A DNA stretch of 64,000 nt from Eledone cirrhosa (Eukaryota), in NCBI GenBank assembly GCA_964016885.1, contig OZ024751.1, positions 47,864,001-47,928,000 on the forward strand, read 5' to 3'. The translations under genes and the position numbers were made by a program. Positions within the stretch are counted from its first letter, which is position 1; each line of letters begins with the position of its first letter. The notes below the pieces were generated by a model. The model saw only the letters and a program-made list of their open reading frames with translations. It was not told where the DNA came from and searched no databases. Below, in pieces: positions 16,181 to 30,739 of this stretch.

Positions 16181-17749
16181 GTGAAAGACAGATATCACCA
16201 TAGTAACTTACACAGCAATTGAAACTTTCTCGCTGATATTCCAAACTTGTTACCAACCCTTGTTTCTGGCTTGCGTGTTCGTTACTCGAGACACCATTCG
16301 TCAACTGAGACGTTTTATATTCAGAAAAAATTGTTCGTGAATTGATTTGTTCGTGATGAGAGGCATTTACGAATCGATGTTCGACTATCTTTGTATCTGT
16401 ATGTATGTATTTATATATGTATATTTGTATATGTATGTATTTGTATATCTATATATTTATATACGTATGTATTTATATATGTATGTATTTGTATATGTAT
16501 GTATTTGTATATGTATGTATTTATATATGTATGTATTTATATATGTATGTATTTATATATGTATGTATTTATATATGTATGTATTTATATATGTATGTAT
16601 TTATATACGTATGTATTTATATACGTATGTATTTATATACGTATGTATTTATATACGTATGTATTTATTTATGTATGTATTTACATTTAATTGGCGGTTT
16701 GACATAAAAGAGTCGATAAAATACGTATACGACTTTAAAAAAAATTAGTACTGGGTCGAAATGATCCAGTAAATCCATTCAAGTCGGTGCCCCAGCATGA
16801 CCGCGGTCTAAAGGTTAAAACCAGTAAAAGAATACAAGAATTAAGATATCTCACTGCACAGTGTACAATACAGATTGTTCCAATTGAGAAATATTATCAA
16901 GCAATTAATTAAGAAAATTAAAACAAAGTTTCGCCGTAACATTTGTCTAAATAAAATAGCCTAATCTAATCTAATCTGGCCGAGTATACACTCGCAAATA
17001 AAAAGGACCAGGGCCGCCCCTAGGAGCATTGGATTTGGTGTACTTCATATTTGTTTCGGTTGCTGAATACAATCAGGGGTCGCTGCTTCTCCTGAAGGTC
17101 AATAGTTCTCTTCTAACTCGAGGGGGAGCGCCTTTCCATTGTCATTTGCATTGATCATCTGCAAAGCCGCATTGTTCTCAGAACCACTATACCAATGTTT
17201 CGATACGTGTAGCTGGAACTACTGTCACCTATTGATTTGGCAGGATTTTTTAAAATATTTTATTTTTCTAGATGGCCGTTGACTCTTATGAGTTCTTCCG
17301 CCCTTTGTCAGGTTTTGTTTTGTTGTCCTGCAGAGTGTCCCCCCCCCCCCCTTACCAAAGAAACTTGGTGGGGTTGCCGGTTTAGTCGCCGACGACCTGA
17401 CTATGTGACAGGTTCTACTGGGTTACACTCTACCAGTAGCACTCGAGAGTGACCTGACATAATAGTTTAATAAACGGGAAGTATAAACCCACTGAACGGG
17501 AAAAGCCCGTTTATTAGACTATTTGTCTAGTCGAATATTACAGCGAAATTTCAACTTTCTATTTCAACTTTCCAACTTCACTCGCCGTTTTCTAAACATA
17601 TTTCAATTAATTAAGATTTTTAAAAAGCATACAGCGGAATATTAACGGAAAAGTTTGTCGTATTATCAAACTGACGAATTGCATAGCAACAGAATTTCAA
17701 TTAAAGTCGTTAAATTTGGTGAATAGATATGTGTTGTTTACAGTTGAAT

Positions 17750-18075
17750 AGGAGAGAGAGAGAGAGAGAGAGGCAAGGAGAGAGAGAGAGAGAGAGAGAG
17801 AGAGGCAAGGAGAGAGAGAGAGAGAGAGAGTAAAATAGAAGGGGGGGCGCGAGGAAGAGATAGAGAGAAAAATAGGAAGATAGAGAAGGAGAGATAGTCT
17901 GAGAAGGAGACAGAGACAGAGAAGAAAGAGGAGAGAGAGATAAGGGGAGAGATAGGGACAGAGAGAGAGAGGAGAGAGAGATAGGGAGAGAGAAGTAGAG
18001 AGAGAAGGTAAGAGAGAGAGAGAGAGAGAAGGAGAGAGAGAAATAGAGAAAGAGAGAGATAGAGAGAGAGGAGAG
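17750..18075. repeat. (GA)n-rich tract
   Basis: Direct. Confidence 0.9.
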
Positions 18076-18800
18076 TAAGTTAACGATGTCTGGTTTCAGT
18101 CCTTTTAGACAAAAGAAAACTAAAAAGGAAAATAGCGAAGAAGAGAGAATAAGAAAATGGCAGAAGGAGTTTGTTTAGAAGTTTTCAAAAAACGATAAAA
18201 TCTATTATTTACGAGAGAGACTGTATTTGTAGTTGTGTAATTATGTGTATGGTTGGGAAAAAAAAAAAAACGACTATGCGAATGTGTAGGATAAATAAAT
18301 CTAAGAAACTATTTGTCGGAGAAATAGGAAGAAAAAAAAAGCAGAGTAAAAAAAATCATCGTTTGATATTATTCAACACTTTCGCTTACCCGAGCAAATA
18401 AACCGAAGTACTGGTTTGATTTTGACTGTTTATATAAAGAATTCATTGGGAGGGAAGTGAATTACTTTTAGGCATTATGGTAGGTGTACTGTGGGCTCAA
18501 CAAGTATAGGGGATAATATGAAATTTTATATTGAAAAAAAAACAACCCCTTTGAAAACGGGTTAGAAACAAACTGATAAATAAATTTTAGAATAACAGAA
18601 TAAGATAGGGAGAAAGGAAATAAATTTGGAAAAATATAAGTAAAATAAATAAAGTTGTTTTGAGATTTCAACTTATCTCTTAAAGAATTTATATGCAAGA
18701 GTTATCTACATGTAAAAACATTGAATTAAACTTTTCTGTAAGTATATTCCGCAACACACTTCCTCCTAAGCGTGATCCTGTGTTTGTTTTGTTTGTTCAG

Positions 18801-18849
<49 letters not shown>

Positions 18850-19025
18850 CATGTATGTATAAACAATGTTTATGGACACCGAAACCAATGGTCGCACATA
18901 TATGTTAAGTGTATGAAACATTGTATATACTAAATAAGCTTTCTTTCTTGCAGCAGATAGAAGATTGTTTCTCTTGATATTTCATCTACGGATACCCCCC
19001 CCCCCCCCCACACACACACACACAC

Positions 19026-19553
19026 TTCGGAAAACAAAATTAACAACAAACGAGGAAGAAAATATTGAGACAGATGGTACTAAGGAATACTGCTGGAACC
19101 TGAAAATAAAATCTGCCACCAAATTAAAGCACAACCGGCCTGATATTGTTGTTTGGGACCACACATTGAAAACGTGTTCTGTTGTGGAGATCAGCTGCCC
19201 ACTTGATGTAAACGTTGTCAGAAAAATACAGGAGAAGGAGGACATCTACGGACCATTGATGAGGAGTTTACAAATCCAGTATCCAAGATACACCTTTAGC
19301 TTCATACCCATCATTATTGGAGCTACGGGTTATATACCAACCCGCTTGGACCAATGTATAACTGAACTTGGATTTGCGGACAAAGAGCGCAGCTCCCTAA
19401 TTCATAGTCTACAAATGGCTGCGATAGCTGGCACCTTCAAAATTTGCAAAACATTCTTGCGATTCAAGGGATGACAATTTCTTTTCTTTTACAACCTTGC
19501 CACCAGGAAGGTGGCCGGTCAAAAAATATACTCGAAATTAAGAGAAAGAGATA
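19026..19553 (+). mobile_element. R4/Dong-like non-LTR retrotransposon 3' fragment (REL endonuclease; coding to 19474)
   Basis: HNRPDIVVWD..CSVVEISCPLDVN..EKEDIYGPL..IPIIIGATG matches the PD-(D/E)xK REL domain; 3' UTR ends in (CATA)n. Confidence 0.85.
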
Positions 19554-19568
19554 ACATACATACATACA

Positions 19569-20467
19569 ATCCAAGAACAGGAGATTAACACGAAATACCT
19601 GATTCACAAAAGAGATAGGGGTGCAGGCAAAACACCTAGATGTGATAACAAGTGCAGACACTGCAGAACTAACATCGAGGATATCACCCATGTCATCAGC
19701 AGCTGTCCAAAGATGTCATCGCGGTACTATCTACCTATGAGGCATGATGTAGTGGCCAAAACACTGTACAATGCAGTTCGTAAAAAGGATAGCCCCGATA
19801 ATAAACACATTAAAAGCTACAGCAATGTGGAAGACATCCATGTACATAATATGAAAGAGTACTGGTGGAATTTTCCAGTAAAAACCCCAATAAAATGCAG
19901 GCATAACAGACCAGATGTTATGATATGGGACAGGGCGAAGAAAGCATGCACAGTAGTGGAAATTAACTGCCCAACAGATGCCAATATAATATCAAAGATT
20001 AGCGAAAAGGGGAATATTTATGCAGAACTGATGAGAAATCTGCAGATACTCCACCCTGATTACACCTTCAGATTTATGCCTGTGATTATTGGGGCACTGA
20101 GATATGTTAGTAACTGCCTCAATACAAATCTTGAGAAGCTAGGCTTCACAGGAACAGAAAGAACACAACTAGTTAGGAAATTACAAGTACAATCCGTAAA
20201 AATATGTAAAACATTCCAAAAATGTTGCATCTAATAACTGCATATACACATGTACAGATACAAAGCATATACATATGCACACATACAACTCAAAACATAC
20301 ACATCCACACATACAATAACATCCATATCTACACATGCATGCATACATAATCTACCTAGTTGATGTTGTGTAAATTCCAATGTTCCAATGAGAGAGTCTT
20401 GTGTCTATGTTAGAAACCGACTCTCTCTCTGTTGGCAAACATTTGTGAAATTGTAAAACCAGAAGAA
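19569..20467 (+). mobile_element. Second R4/Dong-like 3' fragment (CCHC knuckle + REL; coding 19569-20234)
   Basis: In frame upstream of the annotated ORF is IQEQEINTKYL..CRHCRTNIEDITHVISSC, then RHDVVAK and HNRPDVMIWD..VVEINCP; begins after and ends before acatacatac. Confidence 0.85.
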
Positions 20468-20874
20468 CATACATACAAGTGCGTGCGTGCGTGCGTGCGC
20501 GCGTGCGTGCGTGCGTGCGCGCGTGCGTGCGTGCGTGCGTGCGTGTGCGTGTGCGTGTGTGTGTGTGATGAAACACTGATTCTTTGTTCCCTTATATATT
20601 ATTATTATTGTTAAATATATCCATCCGTGTTTTGTTGAGGGACGTGAGAACGAGTACTTAATACCAAAGTAGAGTTTAAATATTCTACGGACTAGCAGAC
20701 AATCTAAGAGACACTGACGGTGACAGATATTGTTAACACCTGAGTACTATATGTACACAGGTGAAACTCCAGAATAACAAGACTCATTACTTTAAAAAGA
20801 ATATATACGTTAAATATATACATTAAAAAGAATATATACGTGTGTGTGAATGTGAGTGTGATTGTGTTATAATA

Positions 20875-20980
20875 TACAGGGTGGCCAAGAAAAATGTATA
20901 TAGATTTCCACAGCATTCTAATAAATATTGCCTGTAAAGGTAATCAAAGTATCTATACATTTTTTTTGAGACATCCTGTA
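20875..20980. mobile_element. Tc1/mariner-type MITE
   Basis: TIRs cagggtggccaagaaaaatgtata / tatacattttttttgagacatcctg with TA at both ends; degenerate relative at 63209-63285. Confidence 0.7.
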
Positions 20981-21470
20981 TTATATTATATAAACATATA
21001 GAATGTATCTATAATATAAGGAACAGCTGTTCTTTCAAACATGTTTTGTTAATAACACGACTCATTAGTTCTGTATATTTAGTTTCTAACAATAGCGATC
21101 CTAAATCCGCGTGATTTATAACAAGATTGGTAGATGTGTGTATATCAACGTTAAAAATCTTTCCCGACTCTTCAGAATCAAAATAGTCATACTAGTGTTG
21201 TATTATTCACGTTCTTAGCAGCGGAAGCAAAGTACCATGTGAGTGGTAGGAGATTGGGGAAACCTGATTTAAAATTTCTCAACGGTTGGAGGATGGCAAT
21301 TATAATAATTGGTTTCATATGTGATGTTTTTCTAACAATTTTTGGTTTATATTCTGATATTAGCAGAGCCTTCATAGTTGCTCGCCTTGGTTTCTGAGGA
21401 ATTCTATACAGAGTTATGGTGATATCAACTAATATAGTCCCATCTATTTTTTATTATTATGTATTGCATC

Positions 21471-21660
21471 GGTGGTGTATTGGCAGTATCGGTAGAGGGT
21501 CTGACGCTATACTTTGCAGCAAAAAGTGACGTCCCTTTAAGGACTGAGTTCAAATCCCGCCGAGGTTAACTTTGCCTTTCATCCTTACGGGGTCAATAAA
21601 ATAAAGCACCAGTAATGCACTGGGATAATTGCTGGCCTTGTGCCAAAAGTAGAATCAATT
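21471..21660 (+). mobile_element. Full-length S1 SINE
   Basis: A-box 21481-21492, B-box 21546-21557, conserved body and tail. Confidence 0.9.
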
Positions 21661-22757
21661 ATTATGTATTGTATGAAAATGTACTGCAATGGCTTTTTCT
21701 TGTAAGTGCATGTTAAACGATTGTAAAGTGTAGTGCTGGTGTGACCAATTTAATATTTTTACATTGGATTTTATATATCACATTGGATTTTATACACCGA
21801 ATTGAATTTTACATATCACTTTGAGTTTTATACATCACGTTGAATATTATATATCACCTTAAATTTTATTTATGTCACATTGCGATCTAAGCGATCATTG
21901 TGTCCCTGAAATCAATATCTTTATACAGTATCAATCTAACTAATCAATATTTACAAGCATTATCTGTCTACCCATTCAACACCTCCACACAATATCAATC
22001 TACCAAGTCGATACAGGCACTGTCTGTTTACCAAATCAACGCCCTACACACAACATCTCTCTGTCTATAGTATCTCCATCCAATATGTCGTCCGTATCTC
22101 TTACACTGACTGTTATAGTCTCTAGATTACAGACACCGCAGGTGGGTGTGGAATGACGGCGGCGGCGGCGGGAAGAAACGGCAGAAGAGAAAGATGTCTG
22201 TTCTACGCTAAAACCATCAAATTGTAATCCGTTACAAAACAACACTTCTTCTGTAATCGATTGCTTTTTTATACCTATCGATCTTCCTATAAACCACGAA
22301 GAAGATTAATAATCATTTCATAGCTTATTGATTTAGCATAACTTTCCATTTATTAACTTTCCAATAACTATTATATTTTCAAGTCCCTTTCTTGTTCCCT
22401 ATTAGACAATATTCAATCCAGTTTTCTCCACAAACTTTTCCACCTAGAATTTCTATTACGTTATTAGTTATTGTTGTTTAGTTTATCTTTATTTGGTTTT
22501 GTTGTTTTTGTTCCTTTCTTCTCTCTATTGCTGCTCTTCCTCTTTGAGCCTTCTTGTATTACTATGCGTATACATATATATGTGTGTGTGTGTGTGTGTG
22601 TGCGTGTGCGCGTGCGTGCGTGCGTGCGTGTGTACAGTTGCATACATGTATAATTATATATATGGCCGGAGCTCAGTCGTCGGGGTCCTGTCTATTTCCC
22701 TATATATATATATATAATAGGATTGAACCAGTTTCAAAATAGTTTGGCCATTGCTCG

Positions 22758-22816
<59 letters not shown>

Positions 22817-22817
<1 letters not shown>

Positions 22818-22941
22818 CATTTCTGGTGATTTTCATACGAATGGAACAATTCTAGTCGCGTAGAAGTCATTTCTACATAGAGTATATATAGGACATTCCT
22901 GAAGATTTCATATAAATGAAACAGTTCTAGTCCTGTAGAAG

Positions 22942-22945
<4 letters not shown>
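22817..22945 (+). ncRNA. Tandem pair of family B hammerhead motifs (best copy 22893-22942)
   Basis: ac(a)ttc-CTGAAGA-tttcatataaat-GAAA-cag ttctagtc ctg-TA-gaagt; the upstream copy has a mutated core (CTGGTGA, GGAA); lies between (TA)n tracts. Confidence 0.55.
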
Positions 22946-22972
<27 letters not shown>

Positions 22973-23363
22973 ATAAAGTTATATTCTATTATTATTAGGT
23001 CATATTGTTTATTATTATTTTTCTTTTTGCATTTTTGCTTCTAAAACAATTGTCTTAACCTCGTCTCCAAATTTTGCCTGAATCTTTCAGTTTAAACAGT
23101 TAACAGTTTATAGATTGTAACAAAAACCGATCGAGAAAATATGATAATTTTCTCTTCTTCAGAATTAATTAACTTAAATAATCTTCCACATGATCGATGG
23201 CATAGGAAATATGTTTATCGATCTATTGAGCAGTTCAGTTTAGCATTATTATATGTATTTATAATATGATTACTATCAGTATCACCACCACCACTATCAC
23301 TATCATCAAAAATACTATATATATATATAGATCTCGATCTCTCTCTCATATATATATATATAT

Positions 23364-23544
23364 AATTGTTTCTACTTTTGGCACAAGGCCAGCAATTAAC
23401 CAGTGCATTACTGGTACTTTATTTTATCGACCCCGTAAGGATGAAAGGCAAAGTCAACCTCGGCGGGATTTGAACTCAGATCGTAAAGGGATGTAACTAT
23501 GCTGGAAAGCATGGCGTCCGACCCTCTACCGATACTGCCAATCC

Positions 23545-23546
<2 letters not shown>
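23364..23546 (-). mobile_element. Full-length S1 SINE
   Basis: Complete reverse-complement copy. Confidence 0.9.
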
Positions 23547-23596
<50 letters not shown>

Positions 23597-24151
23597 GTGT
23601 GTGTGTGTGTATGAGTGTGTGTGCATATATATATATATATATATGCACACACACACATATATATATATGCACACACTCATATATATATATATGCACACAC
23701 ACTCATATATATATATATGCACACACACTCATATATATATATATGCACACACACTCATATATATATATGCACACACACTCATATATATATATATATACAG
23801 ACTACACACATATACATAGAGAGAGAGACACACACACACACATGTGATGGTGGTAATAATACTACTACTACTACCACCACGATATATATATTATTATATA
23901 TGAATTATTTCTTTCATCATTCACTCTCACCTGGGAATGGTTTTGTATGGCGTTAGTTTGTGATTTAAACTCGGGAATTTTATATTCTCTGAGCGAGAAA
24001 AGCCTTCTGAAGATAGTTCCCTTCTCAATGAAGATCTACTTGGATTATCCGTTTATTTTGGAACTTGAAACCGCGGTAAAGGCACATATACTAAGTACAA
24101 CGAATTTTTTTTTATTTATTTTTAAAGTTTTTCTCTATTTGCTAGACCTGG

Positions 24152-24207
<56 letters not shown>

Positions 24208-24425
24208 CAAGTTAAAAATGTACATCCACATATGTATACTGAAATACTAGTATGCATATGAATACACACACGTATACATATGTAGATGTACCGAGTCTTT
24301 CACTGGTCACTTTACTGTGAGTGTCCAGCTATTCTGTATGTAAACACACAGACAAACCGGTTTTTAGAGTCATACTGGTTTTTGAGGAAACACCTTTCCT
24401 CTATTCTCCAGAAAGCCAGACAAGG

Positions 24426-24470
24426 AATATTGAACTAGTTTCGTTGTTGTTACAACTCATCAGCAATATT
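24426..24470 (-). ncRNA. Canonical minimal type I hammerhead (mirror copy)
   Basis: Exact reverse complement of 24807-24851. Confidence 0.85.
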
Positions 24471-24806
24471 TACCTATCTTCCGGCCTTTCTAAAGAATCG
24501 TAAAAGCACATATCGTTATATGCTTTTTCTATGAAAATTAGTAGTGGGCAGACTAATTTGCATAGAGCGTGAGTACATACCGGTTCAACGGAGACGATAA
24601 AAACAAATAACGAAACGAAATTAAATTTCGTTTCGTTTGTAACTCACTTTTGTATGACTGACGCTTAAACAATCAAGTTAAAAATGTACATCCACATATG
24701 TACATCACGCTCTATGCAAATTAGTCTGCCCACTACTAATTTTCATAGAAAAAGCATATAACGATATGTGCTTTTACGATTCTCTAGAAAGGCCGGAAGA
24801 TAGGTA

Positions 24807-24851
24807 AATATTGCTGATGAGTTGTAACAACAACGAAACTAGTTCAATATT
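24807..24851 (+). ncRNA. Canonical minimal type I hammerhead
   Basis: aatattg-CTGATGA-gttgt aaca acaac-GAAA-ctag-TT-caatatt: 7-bp stem I, 5-bp stem II with G10.1-C11.1, palindromic stem III ACTAGT. Confidence 0.85.
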
Positions 24852-25164
24852 CCTTGTCTGGCTTTCTGGAGAATAGAGGAAAGGTGTTTCCTCAAAAACC
24901 AGTATGACTCTAAAAACCGGTTTGTCTGTGTGTTTACATACAGAATAGCTGGACACTCACAGTAAAGTGACCAGTGAAAGACTCGGTACATCTACATATG
25001 TATACGTGTGTGTATTCATATGCATACTAGTATTTCAGTATACATATGTGGATGTACATTTTTAACTTGATTGTTTAAGCGTCAGTCATACAAAAGCGAG
25101 TTACAAACGAAACGAAATTTAATTTCGTTTCGTTATTTGTTTATATATATATATATACGAAAAT

Positions 25165-25340
25165 AGTCAGGACCCCGACTGCTGAGCTCCAGCCGTTTCG
25201 ACAGCTAGATCTGATCTAGCTGTCGAAACGGCCGGCGCTCAGCCATCGGGGTCCTGACTCTTTTCCTATTACCCACTCTACTACCCTAAGTATCGAGTAC
25301 TCTGGTGCGTTATGGCCCACCTGGTTTCTTACCACACCTT

Positions 25341-25345
<5 letters not shown>
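25165..25345 (+). mobile_element. Family A element with fold-back (hairpin 25165-25259, apex 25212)
   Basis: gtttcgacagctagatc-t-gatctagctgtcgaaac; bounded by (TA)n. Confidence 0.75.
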
Positions 25346-25378
<33 letters not shown>

Positions 25379-26547
25379 CATCCAGTTGACTTAAGAAGCA
25401 ATAGGAAAAGTTCAAATGTAGTTGTCCAAAAGCAGGTGACTATGAATAATAGTGGAAAAAATCATGCAAAGTACCCCTTGAGAGGGATGTGTGTGTATGT
25501 AAGCATATTGTATATGCTTTCATATACTCCTCTATTGTAAATCACGCTATGTTAGTGCTACTAATAATTCATCCAAGCAAAGTGAAACACGTACTATTTG
25601 CAAATGGACTTCTCCAGCATATGTTTGATATGCGAAAAGTATATAAGCTATAGCTCAGTACCGAGTGAGTATACGTCACTGATGATGGATTAAAAAGTCC
25701 TGAGACACTAGTGTATGGCATATCGTATACACCTTCATAAATAGTACTACTACTACTACTACTTCTACTAGAATATGTGTTTGTGTTCTATCAATCTAGC
25801 AAACAGATCTCTCAATGAAAACAACAAATGTGTTTCTGTTGACAAGATGAATGTCATTTTCATTGGTCGGTTATGGGGCGCGGGGAGGAGCAAAGTTAGA
25901 TGTAATCTTTCTTTCAGAATTCTTAATTGAAATGTCCTGTTAAAGCTGTAAATCATATTAGAACACTTTTATCGCCGTTAAGATCGTCAACATTTAATAC
26001 ACTACATTAAAGTTAATAAATTACTGTTACAGGCATAGGTGTGGGGTTTACAGTTTGCTTGGCAAGACGTATATATGCTTAACGATATAAACAGAAAGAT
26101 AGAAAAGATTGAGAGAGGGGGAGAAGAAGGAGAGATGTGTTGGCGCGTAGAAGTGATGAGAAGAAAGAAAGGAAAACAAATGGAGATTAGGGTTATGATA
26201 AGAATCGAAATTTAAGTTATAAACGATACAAAATTTACACACACATCTGACCTCGTCCGCTTTCAAGCAGGCTTGCGATTTCGCCTGAATTAATTAAATC
26301 GAATTCTTGCAATTATCTATTAACCTAATCCAAACCCTTCCGAAATTCAATAACCCACTTAATGTACAGATAAACCTAAAGAAAACTGACATTAATCTAC
26401 AATGCAATCTATGAACAAACCCCCAACTTAATTAATTTAAGAATTAGTAAATAAAAAATAATTACCGTGTGTCTGTCCTTATATTTGATATTTGTTCATG
26501 TCCTGTAACTTGTTGAGATTGATAAGATATTTACTAGACTTGAAGAA

Positions 26548-26772
26548 ATAAGTACTGGGTTAGATACGATCGACTAAGTGCTTTCAGTGCAGTGCTCCAC
26601 CCACCAAAGCAATAAGTACTAGCTTAGATACGATCGACTAAGTTTCTTCATTGCAGTACCACCCATACCAAAGAAATGTGTACTGGGTTAGATACGATCA
26701 ACTAAGTCCTTTCACTGCAGTCCGCACCACCACCACGGAAAAGGCCGTAGTCTAATGCTTGAAAAAGAATAA
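26548..26772 (+). repeat. Three ~62-70-bp tandem copies of a SINE-tail-derived unit
   Basis: aagtactgggttagatacgatcgactaagt...gcagt..cacc.acca x3. Confidence 0.75.
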
Positions 26773-27097
26773 AATAATGTAAATTGATCCACACATACAC
26801 ACACAACTGTGTGTGTGTATGTGTGTGTGCTTGCAGACAGTAACATACATAGATAATACGCATATACATACATATAAACATTTTTTTTTTAAACTTCACA
26901 CGCAAAAAATGCCAAAATAAATGATTTTCCTGTGCTCAGGTGTTTCAGAAATGGTGGTAGCAAATTTAGCTTTTCATAATAGTTACTGCAGAATTCTACA
27001 ATGGTAAATATTAGAGAACAATAAGAGAATGCCATTAAATGAAGTCTGTTGATTTGTCAACAGTAACAAAGCCGAGTCTCGATACTTCAAAACTAAA

Positions 27098-27906
<809 letters not shown>

Positions 27907-28353
27907 AAACGACAACAGAACGCTGTACTAGAATATATGTTGTAAATCTTAATTCAATGGCCCAGCTCCATCTCCAACCACTGGATACCACATCTTCGAT
28001 GGGTGACGACCATAATGTTGAGTGCTTTAGTCATTCGTCGGATCATGATTTCCCTACCAGAACCTCCAGTTCTACAATTAGCTGATGAAAATAACTTAAA
28101 TGGTATCTTCTCTTCTCACTACTTTTCCATTTTTTTTTTTTTTTTTTTTTTAAATTTCTTTTCTTTCCCTCCTGCCCTTTTGATCGATAAAAGACCATGG
28201 GCGCGCCGCTGATCGCTTTTGATGTCCTGTATTAAGCGCCGAAACATTTATGATCTACCGTTTACAGCTGATGAAGGATTTCTTCTCTTGTTTCGTCCGT
28301 ATTACCATCTTAAACTTTGTTTACAGTAACCACACAGCTCGTTTCGTTTCTTG

Positions 28354-28392
<39 letters not shown>

Positions 28393-29205
28393 CGTTTCTG
28401 AATTTGTAAATTTATAAATGTATAATAAATTGAAGTGAAAGCAACTGGTGCGTGTGTTTCTTATTGGCAACATGACCCCCCCCCCCCCAAAGTATAACAA
28501 TATATATATAAAAGTTCGAATCTAGCAGTCGAAACGGCCGGAGCTCAGCCGTCGGAGTCCTGACTCTTCCTATATATATATATACATATATAAAGGTAGA
28601 ACACTGGAGGGTTATATCCGTTGTAGTAGAGCACTCAGTCCATGGGACGAGCTAGGTAGAAGTAGTTCTACCTATATATATATATATAAATACATAATCG
28701 GAGAAAGTTAATAGCGATACTCCGGCCAAATTCCAACTCACTCAACAAACATTAGGAAATACCTGAGTATATTCCTAATTAAACGTTCGGGGTGCTAACT
28801 AATTGTATTGTGTGAAAAATTGGCTGTATCATTTCATATGAGATATATCGAATATATCTCTTCCCAGACGGACGTCTCGTTTCACCATAAGATTTTTACA
28901 AGTTGGGTGAAATTATACCAATTTATGTAGAAGCATGTATAAGATCAACAGACACTTATTCAAGTGGGCTCTTATAATTCTTCAGTGGGTGCCCAATAAT
29001 ATTAATATTGATAACCAAATCAACATCAATATTTAGCTATAATCATCATCAGTGCTTGAGGGAGCTGCGAGGTTGTTAGTTCAGCAGTTCTAAAGAAAAT
29101 CTCACACTGTCTCGAAAATAGGAGGAAGGAGATTACCGCCAAAAAACAATACAAGCGCAGGTCAATGAATTCTGAAAAGAATTCAAGCCACCTGCTAGAA
29201 CTCAA

Positions 29206-29240
<35 letters not shown>

Positions 29241-29298
29241 TGACTGCCAAGACTGGAATTGAACCATCAGCACAGTTGAGGTATGGCAGACATTAATT

Positions 29299-29364
29299 TA
29301 TTTTATCTGATGAGGACGTACTGATGAAACAGCTCAGTACCTCTGAAATATATATAATAAAATA
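29299..29364 (+). ncRNA. Type I hammerhead ribozyme
   Basis: tattttat-CTGATGA-ggacgtactga...tcagtacctct-GAAA-tatata-TA-ataaaata; 8-bp stem I. Confidence 0.85.
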
Positions 29365-29406
29365 TATTTGATCACATGAATGTCTATATTTATTAATATT
29401 TTGAAG

Positions 29407-29472
<66 letters not shown>

Positions 29473-29483
29473 CATATTGATAT

Positions 29484-29572
29484 ATTGATATACCCGGAAA
29501 AAAGACAACCTTAACGGTTGAAGTTAACTGGAACTTCAACCGTTAAGGTTTTCTTTTTTCCGGGTATGTCAA
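29484..29572. repeat. ~40-bp-arm hairpin between the two hammerheads
   Basis: atacccggaaaaaagacaaccttaacggttgaagtt / aacttcaaccgttaaggttttcttttttccgggtat. Confidence 0.9.
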
Positions 29573-29595
29573 CATTTATTTATAAAACAAATCTG

Positions 29596-29661
29596 TATTT
29601 TATCTGATGAAAGCGCACCATAATTTGCCTTGGTTGCCCTTGAAATATATATAATAAAATA
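29596..29661 (+). ncRNA. Type I hammerhead ribozyme (second copy, different stem II)
   Basis: tattttat-CTGATGA-aagcgcacca...tggttgccctt-GAAA-tatata-TA-ataaaata. Confidence 0.8.
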
Positions 29662-29791
29662 ATTATGGTTTTATAAATATAGTTTCCATTTATTAATATA
29701 TTGAATATTTACTCCACTATTTTGTTGAGTGCTTTATATCAGTTATAAAATGTTTAAGCTTGTTGAATCCCAACAAATTAAATATAACCTC

Positions 29792-29830
<39 letters not shown>

Positions 29831-30312
29831 CTTTATGCTGCTGTTGTTTCTATTTATCGAACAACTCGAAGACTTATCTCGTCGAAACCGACGGAAGTCC
29901 ATTCCCTAGACTATATATAAACAACAGGCAGTATAGATAATAAGTTTACCTTTCTTGTCTGATAGTTTCCTTACTTCATTATCGCCATATTTTTATGGCA
30001 ATCGTTTGTATCATGTTGGTTCTAGCTTTTCGGGTTTTGCTATTGCGGATTTTTAAAATTGTGGCAATTTAATATGCAGATTGTTGGACAGGAGAAATCT
30101 AATTATCGTTAGTAAATTTACAAATTTAATCATTTAAATAAATCACTGAAATACATCAGAATATACCTACACACACATGTATATATGTATACATATATAT
30201 ATATATATATATACATATATATACATAGGTGTGTAGACATATGCGCGTTTATGTATCTATAGCATTCTAATATATCTTGGTGATTTATCTAAATGATTAA
30301 ACACACACACAC

Positions 30313-30358
<46 letters not shown>

Positions 30359-30480
30359 AAAGAGAGGGCGAGAGAAAGAGAGGTTATGTTCACAACAACA
30401 CCGTTAGCTTTTTTAATTAAATTATACCAGTAATCCCAGTCGTTTTTGTTCACGATACGAATACCATGTTATTAAGAGGC

Positions 30481-30536
<56 letters not shown>

Positions 30537-30739
30537 CATACAACACAAAATAAAAAGAAGTCTTAAACATACATACATTCATACATATACACTTCCATTC
30601 GCTCACACATGTCTCTCACACACATAGATACACTGACACACACATACATACACAGACCATTCTATGAAGTAAATGAAGGGCATATTGTGGTAGAATGTCT
30701 AAAGTGACCCACATTTTAAACATCACACAACGACCCACA

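Larger units (their letters stand above)
24205..25143. mobile_element. Penelope-like element with large inverted duplication (24205-24572 vs 24705-25072; 24600-24700 vs ~25042-25143)
   Basis: Near-identical inverted arms (mirror ORFs 24321+ / 24774-), flanked by (TA)n, each arm with a hammerhead. Confidence 0.85.

Noticed and set aside
24650-24703. Possible second hammerhead in the 24.2-25.1 kb element (ctgacgc...gaaatactagtatg)
   Set aside because: Core lacks A9 and the cleavage position would be G.
28262-28345. CTGATGA at 28268 (and 28082)
   Set aside because: No matching stem II/GAAA/stem I arrangement found.
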